Shown: positions 38,934 to 52,064 of the stretch, in pieces
How the letters are laid out: every line of letters starts with the position of its first letter
Numbering within the stretch: position 1 is the stretch's first letter
NCBI RefSeq assembly: GCF_902459465.1
Contig: NC_047075.1
Location: 6,138,001 to 6,202,000 of the forward strand
Reading direction: 5' to 3'
Source: Asterias rubens
Lineage: Eukaryota
Length of the DNA stretch: 64,000 nt
Position numbers and translations under genes: made by a program
The notes under the pieces: generated by a model
Told to the model about the DNA's origin: nothing
Databases searched by the model: none
What the model saw: the letters and a program-made list of their open reading frames with translations, nothing else

Positions 38934-39236
38934 ACAAACTAATCAATAACAAGATCAAATGCAAATTGGAACATACATGTTACTATACTATAAACTGATA
39001 CATGTGGCTGTCTTTTGATGAAGATGCAAACTCTGTGCATTGCTTGAAAGAGATGGTACATGTACTTGAATGTGCTACAGACTCTGCAGTACTGAGTGCT
39101 TTCCTGATGGCGTGTCTTGGTCCATGACTACTCCATAATGTTCTCTTGTCAGAAGATTGACACCAAATGAATGATGACAAGTAGTTTAGCATTAACTATA
39201 CAATGTTTCGTTGCTGATCTTGTGCTTGATGGCCTA

Positions 39237-39610
39237 GATGGGGTTTCTTGGTAAGTGTCTGCAAGTGTTGGCCAACAAATTCACAGTCTACTTGAAGTCA
39301 AGTCAGAGGTGTTGACCACAGTCAACCTAAACTACAAACCCTAACCCTAACCTGAACTCAACCCTAGTCCTAACCTTAAAAGTCCCTATCCAGATCCTGC
39401 TAACTTTCAAGAACCTAAAACTACCAGAGAACCAACCAAAGTCAGCTAAAGAATGCGGCCAACTAAGCTCTACCTCAAGACCAATCCATCTACTTCATGT
39501 CAGCCTACAACTACAAGGGACGACACCACTGTGGTCATATCCACATCTGAGTATGACCACAAGGCGACTTAAATTCTGTCGACCTACACTTGCAGACGCC
39601 TACCAAGAAC
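39237..39610. mobile_element. Penelope-like foldback: minus arm 39237-39325, telomere-like linker, plus arm ~39520-39610
   Basis: Plus arm translates KGTTTVVISTSEYDHK; left arm is its diverged reverse complement; CCCTAACCCTAA...TATCCAGATCCTGC is shared with remnant A. Confidence 0.7.
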
Positions 39611-40681
39611 CGCTACATTTGCAGAATTAATTTCTAGCGGGTGCGCCATCTCGTGTATGATGAGTGCGAGCCGAAGTTGCAGAGCTTATCAGGTTTTTGT
39701 GCAGTACGTGATTCGTGCTGCACAACGTCAACGTTGTTTTCATTGGCACGTTTCGTTAATCATTAGCTGCGCTTTCATACCGTGCCTTCCTTCATCCTCT
39801 TTCAAAAAAAGGACGTGAACTTATTGTTGATCCTTACACACACTTAAAGACCTCAATGATTTTTGATACTACGTTATCTGTAGTAATTGCATGGTCCATT
39901 CGAAAAACATCATGTAGATTACACATAAACAATAAAAATATGCCATTGATCTTGAGTGGACTTAAATAAGTTGATGCTGCATGACTTTTGCAGAACCATT
40001 AACGAAAATTTAACCCCGATTGTGATTACATAGGAAAGGTAGCTCAACAACAATCATTACTGATATTTACTGAAGCAACAGTTGGCACTGTTATTGTTAA
40101 CTAAAGAGTACCTTTGCATAGATTAACAGAATACATGTTTACTGATACAATTGGATCCATTTCTGGATGCATTCTACACACTGACCTGATTCCATTCTTT
40201 TTCTTGCAAGCTTGAGTGCAGATCCGACCTTGTGTGTTGACACAATTAATGATAATGCTGGATTTCAGATCAAAGCATCTTGGTAGCTCAACAACATCTG
40301 CAAATAAAGTATTAAGAACTTCCATAATTGAATTGAATTCAAATGGTTTTAAATAGTTTATTGATAAAAACATTATTGCAGCATAAAGTCAGAGGTGAAC
40401 AAAGACAATTTTTACAGAAGGATATTTACAAAAGACATTTAATAGGCCATTTGGGATTTTTAATGTTTCTGTAATGAACAAGAGGCAGTATATCAACCAC
40501 ATAAGAGAAAAGCTGCACTTATTATGCCTTTATAAATGGGTTCTACAATATTTCAACATTTTTAATCAGGAAGGATTTTTTATCAAAACCCCTGTGTTTT
40601 GTAATCAGATTTACATGTACGTGGTTCAGTGCCAATGATATTACAAAAAAGGCCTCTGGCATTGTTCTCCACACATTGGCC

Positions 40682-41738
40682 CCACCCGTCCAAAATTCTC
40701 AAAATACCAATGTGTCTGTTAAAAAAACGTAGCACCTGGACAAAATCGACGAGCACCCTGGCAAAAGATCTCAAAAAAAGACCTAGCATGAACACAAACC
40801 ACCGATTCAATGCGCCTAAACATGCTAGTAGATTGACCTTTTGATATAAATAGTGTGCAGCAGCTGGTACCAAGAAGGCAGCCTGACCCTGTTTCAAGCT
40901 GATGAGCAAAATTTAGGGTTCAAAGCTCAATATTTGGGTCAACCCCGCGCTAATTCAGGCTTCTCTGCATGGATCAATTTTGTCTGGGTGCTAAACCCAT
41001 CCTGCACTATCGTCAAATTGTACAAACAATTGTTGTCAATTGTACGCAAATTATTCCAGCACTATCAGCATATATCGCACACGATTCCTGCACTATCGAC
41101 CAACTGCGCACACTATTCCTGCACAATAGATAAGCCGATAACACAAACTATTCCTGCACTATCTGCAATTGCACAAAGTTTTCCTGCAAGATCAACTGAT
41201 CATGCAAATCATTTATGCCAAAAATTTCAGCAAGAACAAAACTACTGATCATCTTGTACATGACCGCCCGATATTGTGAGTTTTAGATTTATGTCCAGAT
41301 ATTTTTTGATTTACAAACAATGTGGGGACCCACATTGTTTGTTTCAACATCCAAAGAATTGCCAACCTCGGGCCCGTCATGGACAATGTACAATTTCTAT
41401 CATGATTCCGCTGGGTCGACTTAATTATTGGGTCTTAGACACAAGGTTTCGTGCATCAACAAAAAATGTAGTCAGGATGCCTTGCGACACAGAGAAAAAT
41501 GCATGCAAAATGCCGTTACTAAAAAGCCCACTTATGGGTACCTGAGTCGCTGCACACTACATAGGCCTACAAAAAGATCAATCTACCCTGTACTACCTCA
41601 TTGAAATGGTGGTTTGTGTTTTTTTGTTAAGGATTTTCCAAAATGTCATAAAATGTTTTGACCGGGCGTTCAACGATTTTATCCTGGGCTACATTTTTGT
41701 CCATGCGCATTCGGTATTTTGAGAAATTTGGACGGGTG
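40682..41738. repeat. Diverged ~90-bp inverted repeat pair enclosing ~0.9 kb
   Basis: CACCCGTCCAAAATTCTCAAAATACC (40682) versus GGTATTTTGAGAAATTTGGACGGGTG (41713-41738), with weaker homology further inward. Confidence 0.55.
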
Positions 41739-42020
41739 CAATACCCAGACACAACCGCTGCGATTTTACCAGAAGCTGCAAAAAAAAACATGTTCCTTAG
41801 AACAATCTCAGAAGTTTTGAAAGGTTTGACAAACTTTCTATGCAAAAAATCTGTTGCAAATGTACAAGTTAGTAGAAAGTGTGAAACATTAAGTTTTACA
41901 CCATCATAGCTCTTCACAAATTTATCAAACTTAACATTTTATCTTCTGGTATAGTCTAAATATGTTCAGATTTCAAAATTGGGGGGGGGGGGCAACTGGG
42001 GGCACAGACCTAGGATAACA

Positions 42021-42136
42021 TTCTGTATGGCGCCACCACTTTTTCACTTGTTTTTACAAAAAAGGATATCTCATAGAGGTAAATTAGATACTATATTATT
42101 TCATATCGAATGAAAAAGTGGTGGCGCCATACGGAA
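42021..42136. mobile_element. MITE with TTCCGTATGGCGCCACCACTTTTTCA-type TIRs
   Basis: Near-perfect ~26-bp TIRs; a half copy occurs at ~54963. Confidence 0.75.
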
Positions 42137-42190
42137 ACTTTTCCGAAACCTAAGATTTGGGGGGTGGGGATTGCCCTCATACCCGGTGAT

Positions 42191-42970
42191 TGTAAAACCT
42201 GACGTGGGAGAATGAAAAACCTAAGACAAGATTCAAAAACGCAAGATGGCTGGGGTTGGCATAAAAACGTGTGTTTCTCTTAAAAAATTAAAAAATGATT
42301 CCACCTCCTATGTATGGAGAGAGATAGACAAGAAGTGGAGGGACTCTAGTATTATTTGACGTTATTTGGCACTATCTGTATCTGTCTGTATTGTTGAGTC
42401 GGCAAATACATGTCTCAATACACATCACACCAGCTTTGCGCATTGTGTGGATGGGATGGCAATTTTGAAACAGGTGTCCATAGGTTTCATGTAGATAAAG
42501 ATTGTGTGGATGGGATGGCAATTTAAGAATTCATTCATTCAGATCATTCAGACAATGAATGAATGAAATAAACGAACTGAAACTGTGCGCCCCGCCGGTG
42601 CGTTGGAGTGGCCCCGCCGGATCTTGGAGGACAACGCTCCCATGGCAGCTGGCTTATACTTTTGGTGAACTGTTCTGTGATTGGACGAACTATCGATGAT
42701 GTATAACATTGTATAACATAATTATAAGAGATTATCCAGGTGCGCGGACCGGATGCGTTGTTTTGGCGCCTTTTCTTTACAATGTATTGTGTATGATTAA
42801 GCTGTGTAGACAGACCAAATGTTGAGTTCAGTGAGTGAGCATGGAATAAGTAGTTCTTCTCGAAGTATTAAATAAATCAGTGTGTTTCATATTGAACGGA
42901 ATTTGAGTTCGTTTGTTTTTCTGTCTGCGTTTGGCTACAGAGCAAACAAGGACCCTGGCAGTACGTTACA
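42191..42970. mobile_element. Possible solo LTR
   Basis: TGTAA ... GTACGTTACA ends and an internal AATAAA; no TSD found and left boundary uncertain. Confidence 0.25.
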
Positions 42971-43379
42971 ATATTATTATTGATTATTATGATTTAAATA
43001 CATCTGGAATGATTAGAATCCTTTTTGAACATCGTATTGCTCTATTATTAAAATACTAGCTCCCAATTAATCTTGAGTGGTAGGCTGTTTACTGAAGTGG
43101 CCGTTCGCCTGACAAGTGTATGCAGGTCCTTTACATGAAAATGTACATGTGAAATACACGCAAGTGAACGAAGTGTCGTCATCACAGTATTAGCACAGAT
43201 TCTGAAGGAAATTCGCAGCTTTTGTATATGTATTTTATTTAGGTGCAAATATCCGAAGAACACCGTTCACGCAGAACAGCGGATTTTACGGAAATGCATT
43301 TCGACAGATGGAACTTAAAACAAAATAGATTTACCTTTCCTGAGTGAAATTTGGAACTGCGTCATGAAGTACTCCTAGA

Positions 43380-43560
43380 ACTAGGCGGGTAGGCTGGTTC
43401 CACTTACGTCTTTCCTGCACGTATAAAATGGCGCTGCTCAACTCGCGCATGCGCACAGCGTGTTAACCCCAGCAGCGGCGGGGTCACCGCTTTTGTTCGA
43501 CGTCAAAATGTTTTTAACCAATGGCATCGCCGTATTTGTGTGACGAAAAAATGAATATTG
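43380..43560. promoter_or_regulatory. CpG-rich promoter-like region
   Basis: YY1-type AAAATGGCG (43425), NRF1-type CGCGCATGCGCA (43444), GACGTCA, CCAAT; minus-strand donor GTAAGT at 43407-43402. Confidence 0.5.
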
Positions 43561-45400
43561 ATGTTTAAGCTGTTGTAGTCTTTTAACCAGCAGTTAATTT
43601 AGCTGTTATTACTTTTCTTGGCTATATTTCAGCATTCCAGTCTGAAAAAGTTATGTCTTTTTTGCAAATTATTGATTCTTTTTCATACCGGTATTTACAT
43701 AATCCCCTGTAATCATTCACCAAGCACAGCCCTCAAGACGGAAGTGGCACTATGTTATTAAGGTTTTCCATAATTGTATCCTGACTAAAGATAGGAAAAC
43801 TCTAGAGATCCAAGATGGCCGCAAAGATTTCCGCCAAAATTAGTATAGGGTGCGTTCGTTTAGCTTCCCTGGGTCACCCTGCTTGTGGAGTGGGTCACTT
43901 GGGGGTGACCTGGGGGCGGGGGTGCGAAAAAAAAAATTCCAGGATGGTAGAGGCCAAGATTTGCATACCTCGCTCTCATTGGCTGGTTGCTGATTTGGGT
44001 CTGTCCACCCAGACACACAACAATGTGTGTGTATGCATTATTACACGTTTTAGAGAGGGAGGTAAGAACAGCTGCATTTCTTCGCTCATCACATACCACT
44101 TTTCGTCAGCCTTGACGATTCACCACTTCATGGTTTCAATTTGCTAGACTCCTAAGAAAAAAGAATTAAGGTACTGGGTGGTCGAGTCAATAAATTAATT
44201 TATTTGTCTAAATGCATTGGGTGGAATGTGCTACGCATCGCATCGCAAACAAAAGGTTATGTTGCTATAGACCAGCCCACACAGTTTAAAGATATACATT
44301 TTAATACCAAAAATAAGAAACGTAGAACACAATGAATTTCTGCATTTTCTTTATTTTAATGTCGTTTGAAGATAATGATGTTGACAATAACAAGAACAAC
44401 TTAAAGCATAGATAGAGCAACGGTTTGAGAAATAGTCCACCAAACGCGTTTTCCAAGCCTCAGATTGCTACTGAATACAAAACTGTTGTTGGTATTTAGA
44501 TTAATGTACTATATATACTAGGCCTACTTACACAATTACTAGTTAGTCTTCATTAATTTGTTGTGCTAATAAGGTACTTTTTGGGTCCATGCTACCAGAT
44601 AAGGTTACCTGCCAAACTACCATGTTACAAGTACCATTGTGACTGGTATTTTGTATATTTCTGCTTAGCAGGGAGATAAGCAATGTTGTCTACTGAAGCA
44701 GCCTATGCAGGGCCAAATTTCATGAAGCTACTTAAGCAGAAAAAGTAGCTAAGCGCACCAAAATTTAGTCAGAATAAGGTTACCATGGAATATGTACATT
44801 TTGCGACTCTTTTTTAGCGTAAATTGTTAGCTATATTTCTGCTTAATTATATAGCTTCTGCTCCTTTTATGTTTAGTTTTTTCAAAATGTATTGAACGGT
44901 ATTGTAATTTTCTCTAAGATACTTTTTCATCTGTGTTTGGTTTAATTTTTTGTTAATTTAGCTTTGATTTTAGACTTTAAAAAAAAAAAGATTAAGGATG
45001 ACAAAATCTTAAACTGTGGTAAATTTTCCATAAACCGAACAAAAACAATTGTACGTGAAAGATTTTGTTCTGCTGTAAAAATCTACACATTACGGGGATT
45101 TCCTGAACAAATTGTTTAAGAGCTTTTTATCATGAGGTCCGTGATCCCCTAAAGCACTAGCAAACCAGAATTACTCTTCTTCGAGAAAACTTTCACCAAA
45201 AAACCATTAAACATTAAAAATTCAGTTGCAGCTACAGTCCTACAGTAATTTCATCAAAGGACCCTTTAAGTGAAATCAATGTTACAAAATCTTCAACTGA
45301 AATGCTTAAATACCAGACTAAACTAAAAGAGTCCTCAAAGCATTAACAAAAGTACATGAGCATTATCTAATAATGCAATTGAAACATAAGTAAAATATAC

Positions 45401-45690
45401 TTAAAGGAACACATTGCCTTGGATCGGACGAGTTGGTCTTAGAAAAACATTTGAAACTGGTTGTTATGAAATGCATATGGTTAGAAAGATGTTTAAAAAG
45501 TAGAATATTATAATGATCAACACAAGAATGAGTCAAACTTGCACGGTTTTCCCTTAACGTCGCAAAGAAACACGGTCGGCCATTTTGTGGAGTCAAGATT
45601 TTGACTCCATAAAATGGCAGACCATGTTAGTTTGCAACGTTAAGGGAAAACTGCAATTTCGAGTCATTCTTGTGCGGATCATTAAATTCT
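45401..45690. mobile_element. TTAAAGGAACAC-family non-autonomous element nested in the MULE
   Basis: TTAAAGGAACACATTGCCTTGGATCGG start; interior shared with the 1340-3130 array and ~62850-63000; right end not defined. Confidence 0.55.
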
Positions 45691-46252
45691 ATTTTTTAAT
45701 TAGGCTCATTTCACAGGTTTGTTTTGTATGCATACGTTGAGATACAAGTGAGAAGACTGGTCTTTGACAATTACCAATAGTGTCCAGTGTCTTTCAAGGG
45801 AAGGTAAACATTTGGTAATCAATTAATCAATCAATCTGAAGCCTACAGCGCAGCATTCATTAGTATAAAACATTTTGAAATAAAGTTCACTTCGAAGAAA
45901 TGTGGTTGGTAATACAAAATCAGTTGTTATGCCCAAAAAGTTTAATCTGAGCATGGACACGGCAAAAGGAAGGTGACGACCAAAGTATTGACGAGTAAGA
46001 TCTGAGAAGTGTTACTGTAGATCGTGTGTTCTAACTAAGGATTATTCTTTGTGCGTGGACATATTCACTCAGGATTGTTAGCAATACCTCAAAAACAAGT
46101 TTTATTGTATTAATCTAGAGGATTCAAACAATCGAAGGGTTAATAAAAAACGGTATACTTTGCCTTCAAAAACAATTAGGCCAGGGAACAAAGGTAGGGT
46201 GCATAGTGTATCAAGGGAACAACTTTTACAAGTGTGTTATTCTTAGGATTGT

Positions 46253-49200
46253 TTACCTGGTAGAGTGGGTCTTTCCCAAGCTGATGTTTGCAGAGACACA
46301 GTGTGAGAGGGAATGGGGGGCACTTGGTTTTTTACGGGGAGGTAGCTGACTCATCGATACTTTGGTCACTTTCTTTTTGCTGTATCCATGTTCAGAGGTG
46401 TGGTCAACCTTGCATGGTCTACCCACATGCAGTCTCCTCCTTCCACCCAGGGCCATCCGCCTCCAACTTATAGAAGTTGGTTGTACCATGATCTGTGTAG
46501 AGGTCTGCAAGGCTTGACGCCTTGCCTTTTTGCATACTCGTTTTGCTGTAGTAGCTGCCCCATTGTACTTCCCAAAGGTGTGAAGCGCGGAGACAAGATG
46601 GCTCTGGGTGGTAATCTTCGAAAACTGGGAAGTGAAGGCCCGTATTGGAATCATAAAAACCTCTGGATTCGTCTCCAGGCTCTCTTCCAAGGTTTCAAAC
46701 ATCTGACGGAGCTCTTTTTTTGCATCATCTTTTTTGGCATTATGTTGAGTAGAGTGACGCTGCTCATACTGGTTTATGAGGGAAGACTGCGCTCTCATAC
46801 TGTCTACCCTTAAAATTTGTAGATCACGTGGTGGGTTGCTAGGGGTTGAGGGTGTACTCTCTGGCTGAATGGGGTCTGGGTTGTCCACATCATTGAAGGA
46901 GACTTGGTTCTCTTCTACAGAGGTTGAAACAATACCAGCTTGTAGAGGCTGAAACCAAGCTGAGTCCAAGTTTTCATTTCCTACAAAAATAGAAAGTGTT
47001 CACTCATTTAGCCAATAATTTATAGACAGAAGATTTGCAGACAATAATTAAAAATTCTTTAATTAATTAAATTCTTAGTGCATGCATGTTGGTTTCTGTC
47101 ACAGCACACGATATTGATTCAATCATGACTTTAAATATGAATAAGTAGTATCTGTTTTCTAGTAAAGTTACTAGGCATCATCCTGAATAATGATTTTGAT
47201 TGGTGTTAATCTCATTGGTGACATATATATATAACAACATATGCCTAGCAGCGATTGTAATTTTCGGTGTGAAACTTGGATTGTCAGAAAGCAATAGGAC
47301 TCATTGCATGATTTGTTTCTTTCATGAATGTGGCACTTATATAATTTGTATGTCAAGTGTCAAAGCTTTGTTTTCTTTTGACTGAATGTGCTGTGTGGCC
47401 CTTTAATAAGAAAAGTGTTCTTGAAACAGGTAGGACATTCCAAACCTGTTAACCAGACAGGCAACAGAGTTATGCCACATGAGTAATACTCATTGATGAA
47501 TCACTAAGGTCGATGTTAACTTGGTATACAAGTTGTTGATTGGCTGACTGACTCTTGACTTCATATTCAGACTCACTTATCTGAAACAAAAAAATGCATG
47601 ATAAAACATTGTATGAAAATGTAAAGGCTAAAGTCATAAGAAGCCATTATTATTATTATTATTATTATTTTTGGCATATTGATTTTAGCTTAAATGTGAA
47701 TGACTTGTCTCTTTGGATTTATTGTTTGTTCACCATAACCACTTCTTGGGTTTTCTTACATTTTGTTTTTTAAATTCATTTCTTCTTTGATCTTGCTAAT
47801 TTATTGATGAGTGATTATTATAAGTTATCATACAAGCGCAAGTGGAATACAGAAAAATATATTATGGGCGAAGGCCGAGTTGGATATTGGACGCAGACAC
47901 GCTATATTTTTCCATATTCCATCCTATTATAAGTCATCGAGGTTATTGACCCAATTCATCCGAAGTCATCATCAGAATAATCTTTGATGTACCATATTGG
48001 TGGGCAATGTCACTGCTTTTTTCAGTGAAGTGCGCATTGTAGGCAGGGCAGCATTTACACGTAAACCTATAGGTCTCTCTTAATATTCATGCATGATGTC
48101 ACAATTCTTACCCAAAATGAGGCTATGGCCTCATTTTTGGTTGAAATTGTGACGTACTCATGCATAAATGTGAAGTGCTTTGGGTAGCCCTCCGGGTGTG
48201 AAAAGCTCTAAATAAAAACTGGTTATTATTATTATTAATGTAAATATTAAGAGGCGTATTGACCATTAAAATGGCGGGTGTGGCACAGTCGCCACATGTG
48301 ACGTGCATGCAAGGGGTCAATAGGTTATGTTTTTGTTTTTGGTTTGGCACGCGCAAAGTTTAGACTGTAATTTTTGCACTGACCGTATGCAGAGCGTGAC
48401 GCATTTGCACTCTCAATAAGCTGTGTGCAATATTAAAACTGAGAGACTATAGATTTTTATACTACCCTTCAGTTCGAGCATCTGATTGGATGATTAGTGT
48501 GTACTGGAAGATAATCAAACTTGAATATAATAAATTATCTGTTATTAATCTTTTGCAATGACCTGCATATTTTCTAGATGGGATTTGTAATTTTGTACCT
48601 GTTTTACTGACTCGGGAAGAATGTCTCCATCCTTTGGGTAAAACCTTGATGAAAGGGCATGTCCTCCTAACCGATTGTTAGACACATCGATTAACTTCCT
48701 CTCAAAGTAGTGAGTTAGCCTTGTAATCATGAAGTCGACCAACTGGCAAACGTTGTAGGCCTTTCGTCTGTACAAGATCTTGTCTTTCACAACTCTCATG
48801 GCTGCTTCTGCGTAGTTGTTTGTGTTATTATTTCGTACAACCAAATTACTCCGGTGAGCAATTGCCCACACTTCCTTCCATGCAGATTTGTGAGATGCTG
48901 CATGAAGTTTGGGTACTTTCTACAAACTGCACACTCTCTTGCTGCATCAAAGAGTGTTTGTAGTTGCTGGACAGTCTCTGCATACATCATACTCATGTGC
49001 AACAACGCCTGGCGATCATCTTTGGCAATGTGGTGTTTTTGATCCCATAGCCACCTCCACAATGCCTGCAGAACATGGAATGTGCAGAGGAGAAGGCATG
49101 ATGATGGATACACATTATGGATAGCCACTCTTTCAGCTTCAGCGTCATCTGTCATAAAAATGGCGGGGCCTTCATTTCCTCTGCCATAGAACGCACCATC

Positions 49201-51259
49201 TGGGTAAACAGATTTCATGAGTTCAAGTCCATATCTGATGGTACTTTCAGACTCAGATGAAGTTACAATGACTCCAAGGGGCAAACCTCCAACAGGGCTG
49301 TGAGTCAATAATACAAACACCCTACAGTTGTGCCTGTCCATTGTTCCAGATGAATCAATAAAGCACATCTCTCCACTGTATGACCATTGCTTATGAACCC
49401 TCTTCATCAATGGAGTACATATAGCTATGACTGTTTGTCCATCCTCTGATGTTCCCACTTTGGCACACTCATATCCATGTTCACTGTTGAAGGTTTGCAG
49501 TTTGGACTCCAGATCCAACATCATTTTTCCCCACTTGGCTCACCATATTCATGCTGAAAATTAGAGTAGTACAGCCTGGAATATAGAAACAAAATTTTCA
49601 TACAATTAGTATGATAATAAAATTGTAGTTACAACATCCATGCATGGCTCATTCATACAGGGTGATGTGGGACATTGAACCCCTTATCGGACCTTCAAGC
49701 ACACCACCAATGGTGCCAAGGATAGCTGCCATTTTTCTTTTCAAAGCAAGCCCTCTCAATCGATCCCTCTTCGTCGTCGATCCCTCTCCGCCGTGTCTTG
49801 AACATCAATGTATTTTTTCACAACACTTTACTAACAGTGTACAGGGACTATTTTCTTAAGAGATACTTCATTCTTTTATGATACACAACGATACTTTGGT
49901 TCAGAGATTTGATGCATTTGTATCTATCTAATATTTGTTTTCAGGACTTATAATTATTTGTTATGTATACATTAAGCTCAGTAAACATGCCCCTTAAATA
50001 TAAGTTGTCTTTTTTTTTTTATACGAACTTAAGAGTGATTTATGAGTGGAGTTTTCATTCTGATACTAAATGTAGCTTGTTATTTTAATGGAGTGATTAT
50101 TAATTTACTGAATTGTCTAAATTTTGCTGGACATGTTTCAAAAGTTTACAAAATTTACATTTTTTGTAAGCTACATATTTCAAAAATATGCACTAGATAT
50201 TTTCAAACAGAGTCAAGTTTTACCTGTAGCAGTATTGAGCATCTGGACAGAGAGATCGGTCAGCAGAAAGTTGGGCATAGCGGTCCTCATTGTCCTCCTG
50301 TAGGTCATACTTTAGCGTGTCAAGGGCTGTTGCTGGGGAATGACCTGTTTTAAAAAGGTCAATCAATTTAGCCTTTGTGTCATCGGAGACGTCGCGTCTT
50401 CTTAGAGCATCTGCACTGTTGGTCTCATGGTTATGATGGTTCTTGATGGTGCATGTTGTAACATACCCTGCCTTGATATGGGGATCTGATGATCTGGCGA
50501 TAAAACAAAACAGCATTGTAAAAAATAAAACATAATGCAAGAACAACTGCTGATGGTGCATGCTTACTCTGATCATTCAGACATAAACTAAAAAAACAAT
50601 CTGTGAAATGTTTTGCTAATATTATTTTTTTAATAGCGAATACTTAATATTTAAAGGAACTCGTTTACTGAATTCGGAATAGTCTTTTCCATGATTTCAT
50701 CTTACTTTAAATTTACTTTTCAGACAAATCCCTTTCTGGGGAGATTGATATTGTAACGCAATGCAGTTTCTAGGTGGTGATTGGCTGAAGGTTTTTAGGT
50801 TGCTAGGCAAGTTACCCTGGCTAGTACCTAGCTGTCAAGTAACAGGCCAAGTTACGGTTTTTTTTTGGGAGGGTGCCAGCCTAGCGCGTACACAGTATAA
50901 AAGGACGGAGCGAGTGTGGGTCGCTCTCTTTCCCCGTACTGCGACCGTCAGAGCCAGACCATATTTCATTGAAGTGAGTGTTGTGTTCGATAATCAGGGA
51001 AGGAGCCTCATGCTTTAGTGTGAGTCCAATCCAAAATGATGGCACTGAGCAAAACATACAGGATGAATTTTGCTTCTTAAAAATGAGTTCCATCCACGCA
51101 ATTTAAGTAACTATGTTATTACCTTATTCTTCCTCTTTTGTCTCCACATGTTTTTGTCACCAAGTAAACTGATCCAGGGCATGATGTATTTTTGGAGCCA
51201 GCTCTTTTGTCTGCAGTTTCAGATCTTGCGCATGTGTTGTGTTGGCATCGATAGTTAAC
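46253..51259 (-). pseudogene. MULE transposase (N-terminal Zn finger, DDE core, degenerate SWIM); exons 51259-51123, 50493-50224, 49575-48599, 47580-~47400, 46980-46253
   Basis: YRCQHNT..SKNTSCP..NHHNH finger; FIDSSG (D1), FMTDD (D2), CTFH, NNYAE (E). First three introns are phase-consistent GT-AG. Two 1-nt frameshifts (~49525, ~48875); stops at 47472-47470 and downstream; SWIM cysteines missing. Confidence 0.88.
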
Positions 51260-52064
51260 CTGAGATGATCAAAGTAACATACACAAAATCACTGATTGTG
51301 TTAAAAAAATCCTTGCATGAAATTAAATTATCAAAACTTTTGAATATAGTATTCGATGGACTTCATTAAGTCCCTTCAGATAATATTCTAATATAACTCG
51401 CCCTATAATCATTCTTCCTCCTGGTCCCTTCTCCAGTATTACTTTTATAAGTTACTTAACTGGGTCTATTTGTTACAGAAGTCCTTTTTGCCGATCAGCA
51501 AGAAACATTGTGCATGTCCAAACAAATAATGTCAACAAATTAACCAACAATCCACCTTCTTCTGTAAGACTTTATTCATGATAACAAGCGTGTCTAACTT
51601 GAGTAACTAACTGTATTTCTAAAAGTCTAAACATTATAAAAGCCGTACCAAACAAAGTAGGATCTGAAGGGTCCAATTTTTTTTAAATCAGAAGCTGATA
51701 CATCCAAGTTTTCAAAAGTTTTATGGAGTTTTTGAACGTTGCATCTCAGTACTGACCACCTGACTACTGTGTATAGTAATAGTTAGTAGACGTACATCTC
51801 CATGGCCATTATGCTACAACATACGTAGGCCTACACACTACTTCTCCTTGTCCAAACTATTAAGTATTATTGTTTGGCTCTAGTTTTGAATCACATTCAT
51901 AAACCTTATACTCATCCTTACCTTCAAAGAAGGACATTCGTCCAGAGTGAGACGTGTGCACTCACAGTCCATGGTCGCAGTATTGTTTTACAAACTTTAT
52001 GTCATGTATGGATGTGTGATACATACAAACAAGAGAAGCAAAAGGACATAACAGCCATTCCATT

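Noticed and set aside
40583-41917. ORFs of 89-131 aa as genes
   Set aside because: Overlap on both strands within an inverted-repeat element; no motifs or splice support
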